Assembly: GCA_964486485.1 (NCBI GenBank)
Contig: CAZAMD010000003.1
Location: 15,366 to 79,365, forward strand
Direction of reading: 5' to 3'
Source: an uncultured Roseburia sp.
GTDB lineage: Bacteria; Bacillota; Clostridia; Lachnospirales; Lachnospiraceae
DNA length: 64,000 bases
Shown here: piece by piece, positions 10,483 to 20,600 of the stretch
Position numbering within the stretch: the first letter of the stretch is position 1
Layout of the letters: the number at the start of each line of letters is the position of its first letter
Notes under the pieces: generated by a model
What the model was told of the DNA's origin: nothing
Databases searched by the model: none
The model's input: the letters and a program-made list of their open reading frames with translations, nothing else
Program-made: the position numbers and the translations under genes

Positions 10483-11496
10483 ATGAGTAAGAGAAGGAAG
10501 CTGATAGCGTTATTGCTTGCGGGAACGATTTTAAGCGCGGATGCCGGAATCTCCCTGTCTGCCGCGGTGATCAAGGAAGCGGCGGAAAATATCGCCATCG
10601 CGACGGTAACAGATTATGTAAATCTCCGGGCGGAGCCTACGACAGAGAGCGAGGCGGTGGGAAAGCTCTATGCCAACGCTGCGGCTACGGTGCTGGAAAC
10701 CGTGACGGACGAGGCGGGGGAAGCCTGGCATAAAATAAATTCCGGTTCCGTGGAAAATGCCTATGTAAAGGCGGAATTTGTGTCGGTGGGAGATGAGGAA
10801 CGGATACGCCAGGCGGGGACCCGCTATGCGACGGTAAAAACGACCACTCTTTTCGTGCGGAAGGAACCGGGAACAGATTCGCCCGTGATCGGAATGCTGC
10901 CGGACGGGGACGACGTAAAGGTGTTAGAAGAACGGGACGACGGATGGCTGAAAGTTTCCGTGGAAAATAAAGAAAGCTACATATCCGGCGATTACACGGA
11001 ACTCTGGACGGATTATGCCCAGGCGGAATCCAAAGCGGAGGAGGAAGCAAGACTTGCCAGGGAAGAGGCAGAGCGCAAGGCGGCGGAAAAAGCGGAAGGA
11101 AGGACGAAAGAGCAGGGGGTGAAAAAGGAGAGCGCTAAGGCTTCCGGCAGCTCAAAGGGACAGGCTGTGGTAAACTATGCCAGCCAGTTCGTGGGAAACC
11201 CCTATGTCTACGGCGGCAGCAGCCTGACCAATGGGGCGGACTGTTCCGGATTTGTCATGAGCGTCTATGCCGCCTTTGGAGTCAGCCTGCCCCATTCTTC
11301 CAGAGCCTTAAGAAACGTGGGCTATGGAGTGAGCATGGATCAGATACAGCCGGGAGACATTGTCTGCTACAACGGCCATGTGGGGCTTTACGCGGGCAAT
11401 AACACGCTGCTCCACGCAAGCTCCCCCAGATCCGGGATCAAATATACCTCTCCGATCACCTATCGTGAGATTTTAGCGATACGGAGGATTTTTTAA
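10483..11496 (+). CDS. NlpC/P60 (C40) cell-wall peptidase with two SH3b domains
   Basis: Signal peptide; VNLRAEP and LFVRKEP SH3b repeats; GNPYVYGG, DCSGF, GHVGLY. Confidence 0.92.
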   Translation: MSKRRKLIALLLAGTILSADAGISLSAAVIKEAAENIAIATVTDYVNLRAEPTTESEAVGKLYANAAATVLETVTDEAGEAWHKINSGSVENAYVKAEFVSVGDEERIRQAGTRYATVKTTTLFVRKEPGTDSPVIGMLPDGDDVKVLEERDDGWLKVSVENKESYISGDYTELWTDYAQAESKAEEEARLAREEAERKAAEKAEGRTKEQGVKKESAKASGSSKGQAVVNYASQFVGNPYVYGGSSLTNGADCSGFVMSVYAAFGVSLPHSSRALRNVGYGVSMDQIQPGDIVCYNGHVGLYAGNNTLLHASSPRSGIKYTSPITYREILAIRRIF

Positions 11497-13037
11497 AAAG
11501 CAGCAGCGAACGTTTCGGCGTTGATCACCTGGTTGCGCCCGTGGCTCTTAGCATAATACAGGGCGGCGTCCGCGGCGGCGAACAGGGTGTCGAAATTATG
11601 GCAGGTTTCAGAGGAAAAAGCCACGCCGATGCTTGCCTGGGCGGTGACGGTAATGGTCTGCTGAGACGCGCTCCAGCAGATCTCCTGCCGCAAAAGCTCC
11701 GCGGAACACAGAACCTGTGAGGGGTCGCTGACGGAGCTAAGGTAGATCAGAAACTTGTCGCCGCCGACTCTTGCGCAGAGCGCGGTATCCTTAAAATATC
11801 TCTGGATCACGGAGGCGGTCTGGCAGATAAGGGCATCTCCGGTCAGATGGCCGAGGATGTCATTGATCTGGTTTAAATGGTCAAGATCCACCAAAATCAT
11901 AGCGGAGGGAGCCTTTGCGATATGGGTCAGGTCCTCTTCCACCAAAAAACGGATGGTCTGCTTGTTGAGCAGGCCCGTCATATGGTCTAGCTGGTTCTTC
12001 TCCTGGAACTTTTCCGCGGCGGGCTGAAATTCATGGCGCTCCTCCATAAAGCTGAAACAATAGAGCTTTGCCTTGCGCTGCTCCTCGGCATAGCGGAAGC
12101 GGTAAGCCATAAACTCGCCGCAGGATAACGAATATTCCCAATCGCTTAGGTAGCGGGAAGCGTAATCCGCTTCCTGCTTTTGCAGCCGGTACTGCAGGAA
12201 TATGACAGGCATCTGGATGGCATGGCTCTGCAGGGCATTCAAAAGCTGGCGCGCTTCTTTTTGCCGATCATGAGATAGCAGATAGCTGCAGGCGTCAAAA
12301 TAAAATTCAGAAGATGCCAGAAAGTCATTGTCCGAAAGAGACAGGCTGAGGAGTTCGGAGAAGCTTTGCGAAAACAGCTCCTCCTGCCCGCTGTCAAGGC
12401 GGAGGCGGATGCTTAAATTCAGAAAAGCGGCGCGGACAAAAGAAACAGGGGCTTTTTCCGGGGCGTCTCCGCATGCTTCCATCAGGGAAACCGCCTGCTG
12501 CCGCTGATGGTTCCTGTAGAAGGTCATGGCCTTGCAGATCTGGCAGAAATGGCGGGAAACATCATCTTCCCCGCTGTGGGACAACGCCAGGTCAAAGTGT
12601 TCTAAGGCGGCGTCATAGTTTTCCAAGGATGCGTGCAAAGCTCCGAGGTTGATGCAGCTGCTCACCAGCTCTGCTTCAAAGCCGCAGCGTTCGCTGATGG
12701 ATCTGCACATGCGGTAGTTGCTGATGGCCGCGGCGTCCTGTTCGAGAAAGCGGAACGTCAGCCCGAGAATGTTATAGGATAAGGCGTCTAAGATCTTAAA
12801 ATCCCGTTGCTTCGGCGCTTTGATGCAGCGGGTGAGGCAGCTGATCGCCTCGTGAAAGCTGCCCGTCCGGAAAAAATATTCCCCCTCATAAAAAAGCAGC
12901 TGGGAAAGCTCTTCGGGATTATGGGAATCGACTACTTCTGCGAAATCTTTGTATAATTGATAGGTATTCTCTGTGATGGGAAGAAAACGCTGCCGTTTCA
13001 GTTCTTCGATAAGCGTCTCTTTGTCTTTTATTTTCAT
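11493..13037 (-). CDS. TPR-containing GGDEF-domain protein (degenerate GGDKF active site)
   Basis: TPR-like N-terminal half; DHMTGLLNK, DLDHLNQINDILGHLTGD, RVGGDKF, ADAALYYAK. Confidence 0.85.
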   Translation of the reverse strand: MKIKDKETLIEELKRQRFLPITENTYQLYKDFAEVVDSHNPEELSQLLFYEGEYFFRTGSFHEAISCLTRCIKAPKQRDFKILDALSYNILGLTFRFLEQDAAAISNYRMCRSISERCGFEAELVSSCINLGALHASLENYDAALEHFDLALSHSGEDDVSRHFCQICKAMTFYRNHQRQQAVSLMEACGDAPEKAPVSFVRAAFLNLSIRLRLDSGQEELFSQSFSELLSLSLSDNDFLASSEFYFDACSYLLSHDRQKEARQLLNALQSHAIQMPVIFLQYRLQKQEADYASRYLSDWEYSLSCGEFMAYRFRYAEEQRKAKLYCFSFMEERHEFQPAAEKFQEKNQLDHMTGLLNKQTIRFLVEEDLTHIAKAPSAMILVDLDHLNQINDILGHLTGDALICQTASVIQRYFKDTALCARVGGDKFLIYLSSVSDPSQVLCSAELLRQEICWSASQQTITVTAQASIGVAFSSETCHNFDTLFAAADAALYYAKSHGRNQVINAETFAAAF

Positions 13038-13157
13038 AAGGTGTCCTGCCTTTTTCAAAATCAAAATGATGGAAGCTATGTATGATCATAATATGTATTA
13101 TTATAAAAGGAAATCTCAAGCAAAACAAGTATGAGAAAAGGATTTTTCACAAAATCT

Positions 13158-13337
13158 GTAACAGTTCAGCCATAAGCAGACTTGCGGGCGAATCATGCTT
13201 GCATGAAGGAGCACGCAAGAATGCTTATGAGCGGGACGCCATCTTATGAGCAATCCGCTTGCAAAGCAAGGAACTTGCTTTTTGCAAGCTTTGAAGCACG
13301 CAGTGCGGGATTGCGAATGGCGGCGCTGAACTGTTAC
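13158..13337. mobile_element. 180-bp MITE copy 1 (13-bp TIRs, 8-bp TSD CAAAATCT)
   Basis: Ends GTAACAGTTCAGC...GCTGAACTGTTAC; CAAAATCT at 13150-13157 and 13338-13345; near-identical copy at 47113. Confidence 0.9.
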
Positions 13338-13714
13338 CAAAATCTGAATCCGTCCGGGCACAAGCAGGCAGCAAGCTCCCTGCAAGCGGAAGCGCATGGC
13401 GCGAGATCGCGGACGGCGCGGGCGGACTGCCCCGGAAAATTTGTGAAATCCTACGCTTTGGCGGGAGGAATCCAAAGGATTTGGGGAAAAATGCACAAGA
13501 TAAAATCCGCCGTGCCGGAAAAAAGTGAAAAATCATTGTACACAAATGCGTAAAATCACAAAACGGCACTGTGAAAATTGTCGAAGGCTCCAGAAGAACG
13601 CCGCTGGCGGGATAGGATGTTTGAAATTGACAAATCCGCAAAGCTATGTCATAGTTAAGGCGGATAACCGAACACGGTATTTGTTTTTGCAGTGATACAG
13701 GAAAGGATAAGTTT

Positions 13715-13942
13715 ATGGTAGTAAGAAAGATTAAACTGACGGATACGGAGGATGTGAAAGAATTTGTGGAATCTGCCGGAAGATGTGATTTTGAGATTGA
13801 CGTATACTATAACCGCGCTGTCATAGACGCAAAATCATTGCTGGGGATGCTCTATCTAGGCTTTTGCAAGGAGCTGACCATTAAATACGGTGGAGATAAT
13901 GCAAGCTTTGAAAACATAGTAAATAAATATGCGATCGCGTAA
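13715..13942 (+). CDS. HPr family protein lacking His15
   Basis: IDAKSLLGML (Ser46 motif) present; no GLHARP motif. Confidence 0.85.
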   Translation: MVVRKIKLTDTEDVKEFVESAGRCDFEIDVYYNRAVIDAKSLLGMLYLGFCKELTIKYGGDNASFENIVNKYAIA

Positions 13943-13962
13943 TATGCCGCAGTATCATTTCA

Positions 13963-13990
13963 GACAGCCTTTGTGACAAAGGCTGTTTTT
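13963..13990 (+). terminator. intrinsic terminator after HPr-like gene
   Basis: ACAGCCTTTG tga CAAAGGCTGT then TTTT. Confidence 0.7.
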
Positions 13991-14006
13991 GTCGTATCAT
14001 CAAGTT

Positions 14007-16484
14007 ATGGATAAATGGATTGGAAAAGAGAAAAAAGAAATCATAAAAATATCTGTGCGCAACCTAGTGGAATTCCTTCTGCGGGAGGGGGATATCGACA
14101 ACCGCCGCGGCAGGGCGGCATCACCGGAAGCCATGCAGGCGGGCAGCCGCATCCACAGGAAGATCCAAAAGAGCATGGGGAGCGGTTATCAAGCGGAGGT
14201 CCCTCTGAAAATCACCCTTGAGCAGGAGGCGTATCTGCTGACGGTAGAGGGCAGGGCCGACGGCATTCTGACCGAGGGCGGTCCGCAGCGGAAAGTTACC
14301 ATCGATGAGATCAAGGGCGTCTATCTGCGGGTAGATCTGCTGGAGGATGCTCTGAAGGTACACAAAGCACAGGCAATGTGCTACGCCTACATCTACGCCC
14401 TGCAGCAGGGACTCGCGCAGATCACGGTGCGGATGACCTATTGCAATCTGGACACGGAGGAGATGCGGTATTTCCATTATGGCTTTTCCTTTGCGGAATT
14501 GTCCCAGTGGTTTGACCGCTTGATCGGGGAATATAAAAAATGGGCGGATTTCCAGCATAAGTGGCGGGATTTCAGGCAGGCATCCATTCACAAGCTGGAA
14601 TTTCCCTACGCATACCGAAAGGGGCAGAGAGAGCTGGCGGCAGGGGTATACAGGACGATCTTCCGGAGAAAAACGCTGTTCATCCAGGCGCCCACGGGAG
14701 CCGGCAAGACCATATCTACGGTCTTTCCGGCGGTAAAGGCGGTGGGGGAGGGACTGGGAGATAAGATCTTTTACCTGACGGCAAAGACCATCACAGGCAC
14801 GGTGGCGAGAGAAGCCTTTGAACTGCTGCGCAGACAGGGGTATCAGGCAAAGATCCTTACCATTACCGCGAAAGAAAAGCTCTGCAAGTGTGAGGAGATG
14901 GACTGCAATCCAGAGCATTGCCCTTATGCCAGGGGGCATTACGACAGGATCAACGACGCCGTATTCCAGTTATTGCAGAGAGAAGACGTCATCACCAGGG
15001 AAATCCTCTTAGAACAGGCGGAGCGGCACAGGGTATGCCCCTTTGAGCTTTGCCTCGATACCGCCTCCTGGGCGGACGACATCATTTGTGATTACAATTA
15101 TGTGTTTGATCCGAATGTGTGCCTGAAGCGCTTTTTTGCGGAGGGGATCCGGGGAGACTATATTTTCCTGGTGGATGAGGCGCACAATTTAGTGGAACGC
15201 GGCAGGGAGATGTACAGCGCGGCGCTGTATAAGGAAGAGTTATCGGAGATAAGAAAGCTGCTGAAAAACCATATGCCAAGAAAAGCAGAGCGGGCCTTTG
15301 CCAGATGCGGCAAGCTCCTGCTGCAATATAAGCGGGATTGCGAGACGCGCAGGATTTATGACCATGTGGGCGGCCTGGCATCCGCCCTGACGCAGCTTGC
15401 CTCGGAGCTGGAGGGTTTTCTGCAGGAAATGCCGGAATTTCCGCAGCAAAAGAAGGTGGCGGAGTGTTATCTGAACGTGCGGAAGTTTCTCAGCGTTTAT
15501 GATCTGGTGGACGACCGCTATGTGATCTACACAGAGCATGAAACCGGAGGCAGATTTAAAATAAAACTTTTCTGCGCCGACCCGTCGAAAAACCTGCGGG
15601 AGAGGATGGACAAGGGCAATGCCGCGATCTTATTTTCCGCCACCCTGCTGCCCATCTCCTATTACAGGAATCTGCTCTCCGCGAGAGCGGATGATTATGC
15701 CATCTATGCGGAGACGGCCTTTTCCGATGAAAACCGCCTGATCCTCCTCGGCAGTGACGTCAGCAGCAGATACGCCAGGAGGGGCCAGGCCGAATATGAG
15801 CGTATCGCCTCTTATATCAAGAAGACGGCGGAGGCAAAGCGGGGGAATTATATGGTGTTTTTTCCGTCCTACCGCATGATGGAAGATGTTTATGAGCGTT
15901 TCCGCATCCTCTGCGGGGGAGCGGCAAACGGCGGCGCGGAGGATGCCCCCGCCGTTCCCATACACAGCATCTGTCAGCAGTCCGGCATGAGAGAGGAAGA
16001 GCGGGAGGCATTTCTGCGGGAATTTTCCGGCGCGCGCTCCGGGGAACGGGGAGGCTCCCTTGTGGCATTCTGTGTGCTGGGAGGCATCTTCGGAGAGGGG
16101 ATCGACTTGAAGAAAGAACAGCTCATCGGCGCGATCATCGTGGGGACGGGACTCCCCCAGATCAGCCATGAGAGGGAGATCCTGATGGATTATTACGAAA
16201 AACGCTCCGGGGAGGGCTTTGACTATGCCTACCGCTACCCGGGCATGAACAAGGTGCTGCAGGCGGCGGGGCGCGTCATACGAACGGCGGAGGACGTGGG
16301 GATCATCGAGCTTTTAGACGAGCGGTTTTTACAGAGCGGCTACCGGAACCTGTTTCCCAGAGAATGGGAGAACTGTTCCGTCTGCCGCGTGGAGACGGTC
16401 AGCGGACTGTTAGAGGGATTCTGGAGCGGGCGGGAGGCGGAAACAGAACTTCCCCTAGGGCGTGACGGAGGGCAGCAGATTTAA
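14007..16484 (+). CDS. DinG/XPD-family ATP-dependent helicase with N-terminal PD-(D/E)XK (Cas4-like) nuclease domain
   Basis: GRADG...IDEIK nuclease motif; APTGAGKT, DEAHNL, SATL, QAAGRVIR; Fe-S cysteines; exact start uncertain. Confidence 0.88.
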   Translation: MDKWIGKEKKEIIKISVRNLVEFLLREGDIDNRRGRAASPEAMQAGSRIHRKIQKSMGSGYQAEVPLKITLEQEAYLLTVEGRADGILTEGGPQRKVTIDEIKGVYLRVDLLEDALKVHKAQAMCYAYIYALQQGLAQITVRMTYCNLDTEEMRYFHYGFSFAELSQWFDRLIGEYKKWADFQHKWRDFRQASIHKLEFPYAYRKGQRELAAGVYRTIFRRKTLFIQAPTGAGKTISTVFPAVKAVGEGLGDKIFYLTAKTITGTVAREAFELLRRQGYQAKILTITAKEKLCKCEEMDCNPEHCPYARGHYDRINDAVFQLLQREDVITREILLEQAERHRVCPFELCLDTASWADDIICDYNYVFDPNVCLKRFFAEGIRGDYIFLVDEAHNLVERGREMYSAALYKEELSEIRKLLKNHMPRKAERAFARCGKLLLQYKRDCETRRIYDHVGGLASALTQLASELEGFLQEMPEFPQQKKVAECYLNVRKFLSVYDLVDDRYVIYTEHETGGRFKIKLFCADPSKNLRERMDKGNAAILFSATLLPISYYRNLLSARADDYAIYAETAFSDENRLILLGSDVSSRYARRGQAEYERIASYIKKTAEAKRGNYMVFFPSYRMMEDVYERFRILCGGAANGGAEDAPAVPIHSICQQSGMREEEREAFLREFSGARSGERGGSLVAFCVLGGIFGEGIDLKKEQLIGAIIVGTGLPQISHEREILMDYYEKRSGEGFDYAYRYPGMNKVLQAAGRVIRTAEDVGIIELLDERFLQSGYRNLFPREWENCSVCRVETVSGLLEGFWSGREAETELPLGRDGGQQI

Positions 16485-17345
16485 AAATTCTTCCGCAGGC
16501 CGCGCCATGGGCAGCGCGGGGTTGATGGCGGCCACCATCTGCCGCTTGGGCAGCGCCTCCTTTGTTTTTACAATATATAGATCTTTGGCATCTCTGCTCA
16601 GGCAGTAATCTGGAACGAATGCGATGCCAAGCCCTATGCGGGCGAGGTCGATCAGCAGATCGTTGGAGCTTAGCTCGATTTCGGGGATCAGCTCTAACTG
16701 ATGCTGCAGGAACAGATTGTGCAAAAATTCGCTGGTGGTGCTTTTCCGGTCCAGCATTAAGATGGGGTACTGCCGCAGCTCCGCCAGGGAGACCTCCCGC
16801 TGCCCGAAAGGGTAATAGGCGGGATTGGCGATGAAAACATCTGTGAAGCGGAAGACGGTTTTCTGGATGCAGGAGTGGTTTAAGTGAGAGTTCGGAAAGT
16901 TTGCCACCACCAGATCTACGTTTCCCTGCTCTAAAAGCTCCGCACAGCTTAGGGAGGGGGCATTAGTCACCTTGATGGGGACCTGGCGGAATTTCTGGTG
17001 GAATTGCTTCAGATAGGGCACCAGAAAATAGCGGCAGATGGTGTCGCTGGCTCCGATATGGAGCTGTCCGCAGCCGAGGGCGCTAGAGTCGAGAAGCTGG
17101 CTCTCGCCCCGCCGGATGAGATTCATGGCCGGCTCGATATGCTTGAAAAGAACCTTGCCCGCCGGGGTGAGCTGCACTTTCTTGGTAGTGCGGAGAAACA
17201 AAGGCTGCCCGAATTTCCTCTCCAGCGTTTTGATAGACTGGCTGACCGCGGACTGGGAGATGAAAAGCTGCTTGCTCGCTTCTGAGAAACTTAAGGAAGC
17301 GGCGACAAAATAAAAGACCTTGTAAAGTTCGTAATTGATATCCAT
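16455..17345 (-). CDS. LysR family transcriptional regulator
   Basis: SFSEASKQLFISQSAVSQSIKTLE HTH; divergent from purL. Confidence 0.93.
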   Translation of the reverse strand: MDINYELYKVFYFVAASLSFSEASKQLFISQSAVSQSIKTLERKFGQPLFLRTTKKVQLTPAGKVLFKHIEPAMNLIRRGESQLLDSSALGCGQLHIGASDTICRYFLVPYLKQFHQKFRQVPIKVTNAPSLSCAELLEQGNVDLVVANFPNSHLNHSCIQKTVFRFTDVFIANPAYYPFGQREVSLAELRQYPILMLDRKSTTSEFLHNLFLQHQLELIPEIELSSNDLLIDLARIGLGIAFVPDYCLSRDAKDLYIVKTKEALPKRQMVAAINPALPMARPAEEFLNLLPSVTP

Positions 17346-17488
17346 GGGAACCTCTATTCCGGGAAAGAAACGCTCCGGCGGGACAAAACGTTCCAGAGAA
17401 CGCCAAACGATGGTTACGGGCTTTATTATATATGAATTGTTTTAATAAATCAAATTAAATATATTAATTATACTTATCCGACGGCCTG

Positions 17489-17497
17489 TGTTATACT
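17489..17497 (+). promoter_or_regulatory. putative extended -10 promoter for purL
   Basis: TG-T-TATACT following AT-rich LysR/purL divergent region. Confidence 0.5.
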
Positions 17498-17513
17498 TTA
17501 CGGGTACACAAAC

Positions 17514-17679
17514 GAAAGCAAAACGCAGCAGGGAAAAGCAAAAGCTATAGGAAAAGCAAACGCAGCGGGGAAAAGCAAAAGCTATAGGAAAAGCAAACGC
17601 AGCGGGAAAGAAAAACGCAGCAGGAAAAGAAAAAACTATAGGAAAAGAAAAACGCTATAGGAAAAGAAAAACGCTATGG
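17514..17679 (+). repeat. ~9 x 18-19 bp purine-rich tandem array in purL leader
   Basis: Mixed GAAAAGCAAAAGCTATAG / GAAAAGCAAACGCAGCGG-type units. Confidence 0.9.
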
Positions 17680-17699
17680 GAAACTGGGAGGAATCATAC

Positions 17700-20600
17700 A
17701 TGAGCAAGGTAAGACGCGTATATGTAGAAAAAAAACCGGAATTTGCGGTGCATGCAAAGGAGCTTTTATCAGAGATAAAAAGCTATCTTGGCATCCGTGC
17801 CGCGAAGAAAGTCCGGGAGCTGATCCGCTATGACATAGAAAACCTTTCCGAGGACACCTATCGGAAAGCGCTGGTGACAGTGTTCTCCGAGCCGCCGGTG
17901 GACGATATTTACGAGGAAACCTTTGACCGAAACGGCGCAGGCGCATTTTCCGCAGAGTTTCTCCCCGGGCAGTTTGACCAGAGGGCCGATTCGGCAGAGC
18001 AGTGCCTAAAGCTCTTAAACGAGGCGGAGGAGCCTCTGATCCGCACCGCGGTGACCTATGTCATCGAGGGGGATCTTACGGAGGAGGAATGGAGCGCCAT
18101 CAAAAAGCACTGCATCAATCCGGTGGATTCCCGTGAGGCTGCCCCGGAAAAGCCGGAGACTCTGGCACAGGACTTTGATGAGCCGGGGGATGTCGCGGTC
18201 TTTGACGGCTTTTCCGCCATGCCGGAGCAGGAGTTAAAGGGATTGTATGATTCTTTCAATCTCGCCATGACATTCAAGGATTTCCTGCATATCCAGAAGT
18301 ATTTCAAAAACGAGGAGAACAGGGATCCGTCTGTGACGGAAATCCGCGTGCTGGACACCTACTGGTCCGATCATTGCCGCCATACCACGTTTTCTACCGA
18401 ATTAAAGGACGTGTCGTTTGAGGAAGGCTATTATAAAGAGCCGATGAAGAATACCTATGAGGATTACCTTGCCTCCCATAACCGGTTATACGCCGGAAGA
18501 GATGATAAATTTGTCTGCCTGATGGATCTGGCTTTAATGGCGATGAAGCGACTCAAAGAAGAAGGAAAATTACAGGATCAGGAAGAATCCGAGGAGATCA
18601 ATGCCTGCTCCATTGTAATTCCGGTGGAAGTGGACGGGGAGGAAGAGGAGTGGCTTTTGAACTTCAAAAATGAGACTCACAACCATCCCACCGAGATCGA
18701 GCCATTTGGCGGCGCTGCCACCTGCCTTGGCGGAGCCATCCGCGACCCGCTTTCAGGGCGCACCTATGTCTATCAGGCGATGCGCGTCACCGGAGCGGCG
18801 GATCCTACGGTTTCTGTCAAAGACACGATAGAAGGGAAATTGCCCCAGAAAAAATTAGTCCGGGAGGCAGCCCACGGCTACAGCTCCTACGGCAACCAGA
18901 TCGGCCTTGCCACAGGCTATGTGAAAGAGATCTATCATCCTGATTATGTGGCGAAGCGCATGGAGATCGGCGCTGTTTTGGGGGCGGCTCCAAGACGCGC
19001 CGTACAAAGGCTCACCTCTGACCCCGGAGATGTGATTATTTTACTGGGCGGAAGAACAGGGCGCGACGGCATCGGCGGCGCGACAGGCTCCTCAAAAGCG
19101 CACAATACGGAATCCACCGCTGTCTGCGGCGCGGAGGTGCAGAAAGGAAATCCGCCCACCGAGCGTAAGATCCAGAGACTTTTCCGCCGTGAGGAAGTGA
19201 CCCGTATCATCAAAAAATGCAACGATTTTGGAGCCGGAGGCGTATCGGTTGCCATCGGTGAGCTGGCAGACGGTATCCGGGTACAGCTTGATAAAGTGCC
19301 GAAAAAATATGCGGGCTTAGACGGGACGGAAATCGCCATCTCAGAGTCCCAGGAGCGCATGGCAGTGGTAGTTGCCCCGAAAGATGTAAAGACGTTTCTG
19401 GCCTATGCCGCAGAGGAAAATTTAGAGGCGGTGGAGGTTGCGGTGGTGACGGAAGAGCCAAGGCTGGTGCTGGAGTGGAGGGGAAAGGAAGTCGTAAATA
19501 TTTCCCGTGCATTCTTAAACACAAACGGCGCTCATCAGGAAACTTCCGTTACAGTTGAGATGCCGGATCCAAAAGAGAATTACTTTCAGAAGATCTCTTC
19601 CGCAAAAGTTTCGGATGCGGTGGCACAGGGAGATATGAGACAGGCATGGTTAGCCGTTCTGTCTGATCTGAATGTCTGTTCACAAAAAGGTCTTGTAGAG
19701 CGGTTTGACGCTTCTATCGGCGCCGGCAGCGTCTATATGCCTTTTGGCGGCAGATATCAGCTGACGGAAACCCAGTCTATGGCGGCAAAGCTTCCTGTCC
19801 TCGAAGGGGACTCAGACACCGTCACCCTGATGGCCTACGGCTTCGATCCCTATCTGTCGAGCTGGAGCCCCTATCACGGGGCGGTATATGCTGTGCTGGA
19901 ATCCCTCTCCCGCATAGTGGCGGCGGGCGGGGATTACAGCAGGGTGCGTTTCACGTTCCAGGAATATTTCCGCAGAATGAACGGGGATCCGAAACGCTGG
20001 AGCCAGCCCTTTGCGGCGTTATTGGGCGCATATGACGCGCAGATCGGGTTTGGGCTGCCCTCCATCGGAGGCAAAGATTCCATGTCGGGAACGTTTAATG
20101 AGATTGACGTTCCCCCGACTCTGGTTTCTTTTGCGGTGGATGTGGCAAAGGAGAAAGAAATTATCACGCCGGAATTAAAAGCGGCAGGCAATCCGCTGGT
20201 GCTTTTTACCATCAAAAAAGACGCTTACGACCTGCCGGTGTATCAGCAGGTGATGAAGCTCTACGACGTGCTTCACAACCTGATCGGAGAGGGCGTGATC
20301 CTGTCTGCCTACGCCCTGGACGGAAAAGGTCTGGCGGCAGCCCTGAGTAAAATGGCTTTCGGCAACAGGCTTGGCGTGACGGTCAGCGAAGAGATGACCG
20401 CGGATACCTTGTTTGGCGCAGGCTTTGGAAATATTGCGGCGGAGGTTCCGACAGAGAAAATGGCACGGCTTAAGGCGGCATTTGAACAGGCGGGTCTGTC
20501 AGAGTATGCGGTTTTAGCAGGCAGGGTCAATGAAGAAGAGAGCTTTTGCTACAGAAGTATGCGTCTGTCTCTTAAGGAAGCGCTAGAGGCGTGGACTAAG

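Noticed and set aside
13182-13553. ORFs MRANHACMKEH... at 13182 and 47137 as a duplicated gene
   Set aside because: The shared peptide is just a translation of the MITE interior; the ORFs start at TTG with no clear RBS and diverge exactly at the TIR.
17514-17679. Possible CRISPR array (also considered for 9981-10227 and 54706-54818)
   Set aside because: Units are contiguous 12-19 bp repeats with no unique spacers and no cas operon; the Cas4-like domain nearby is part of a common helicase fusion.
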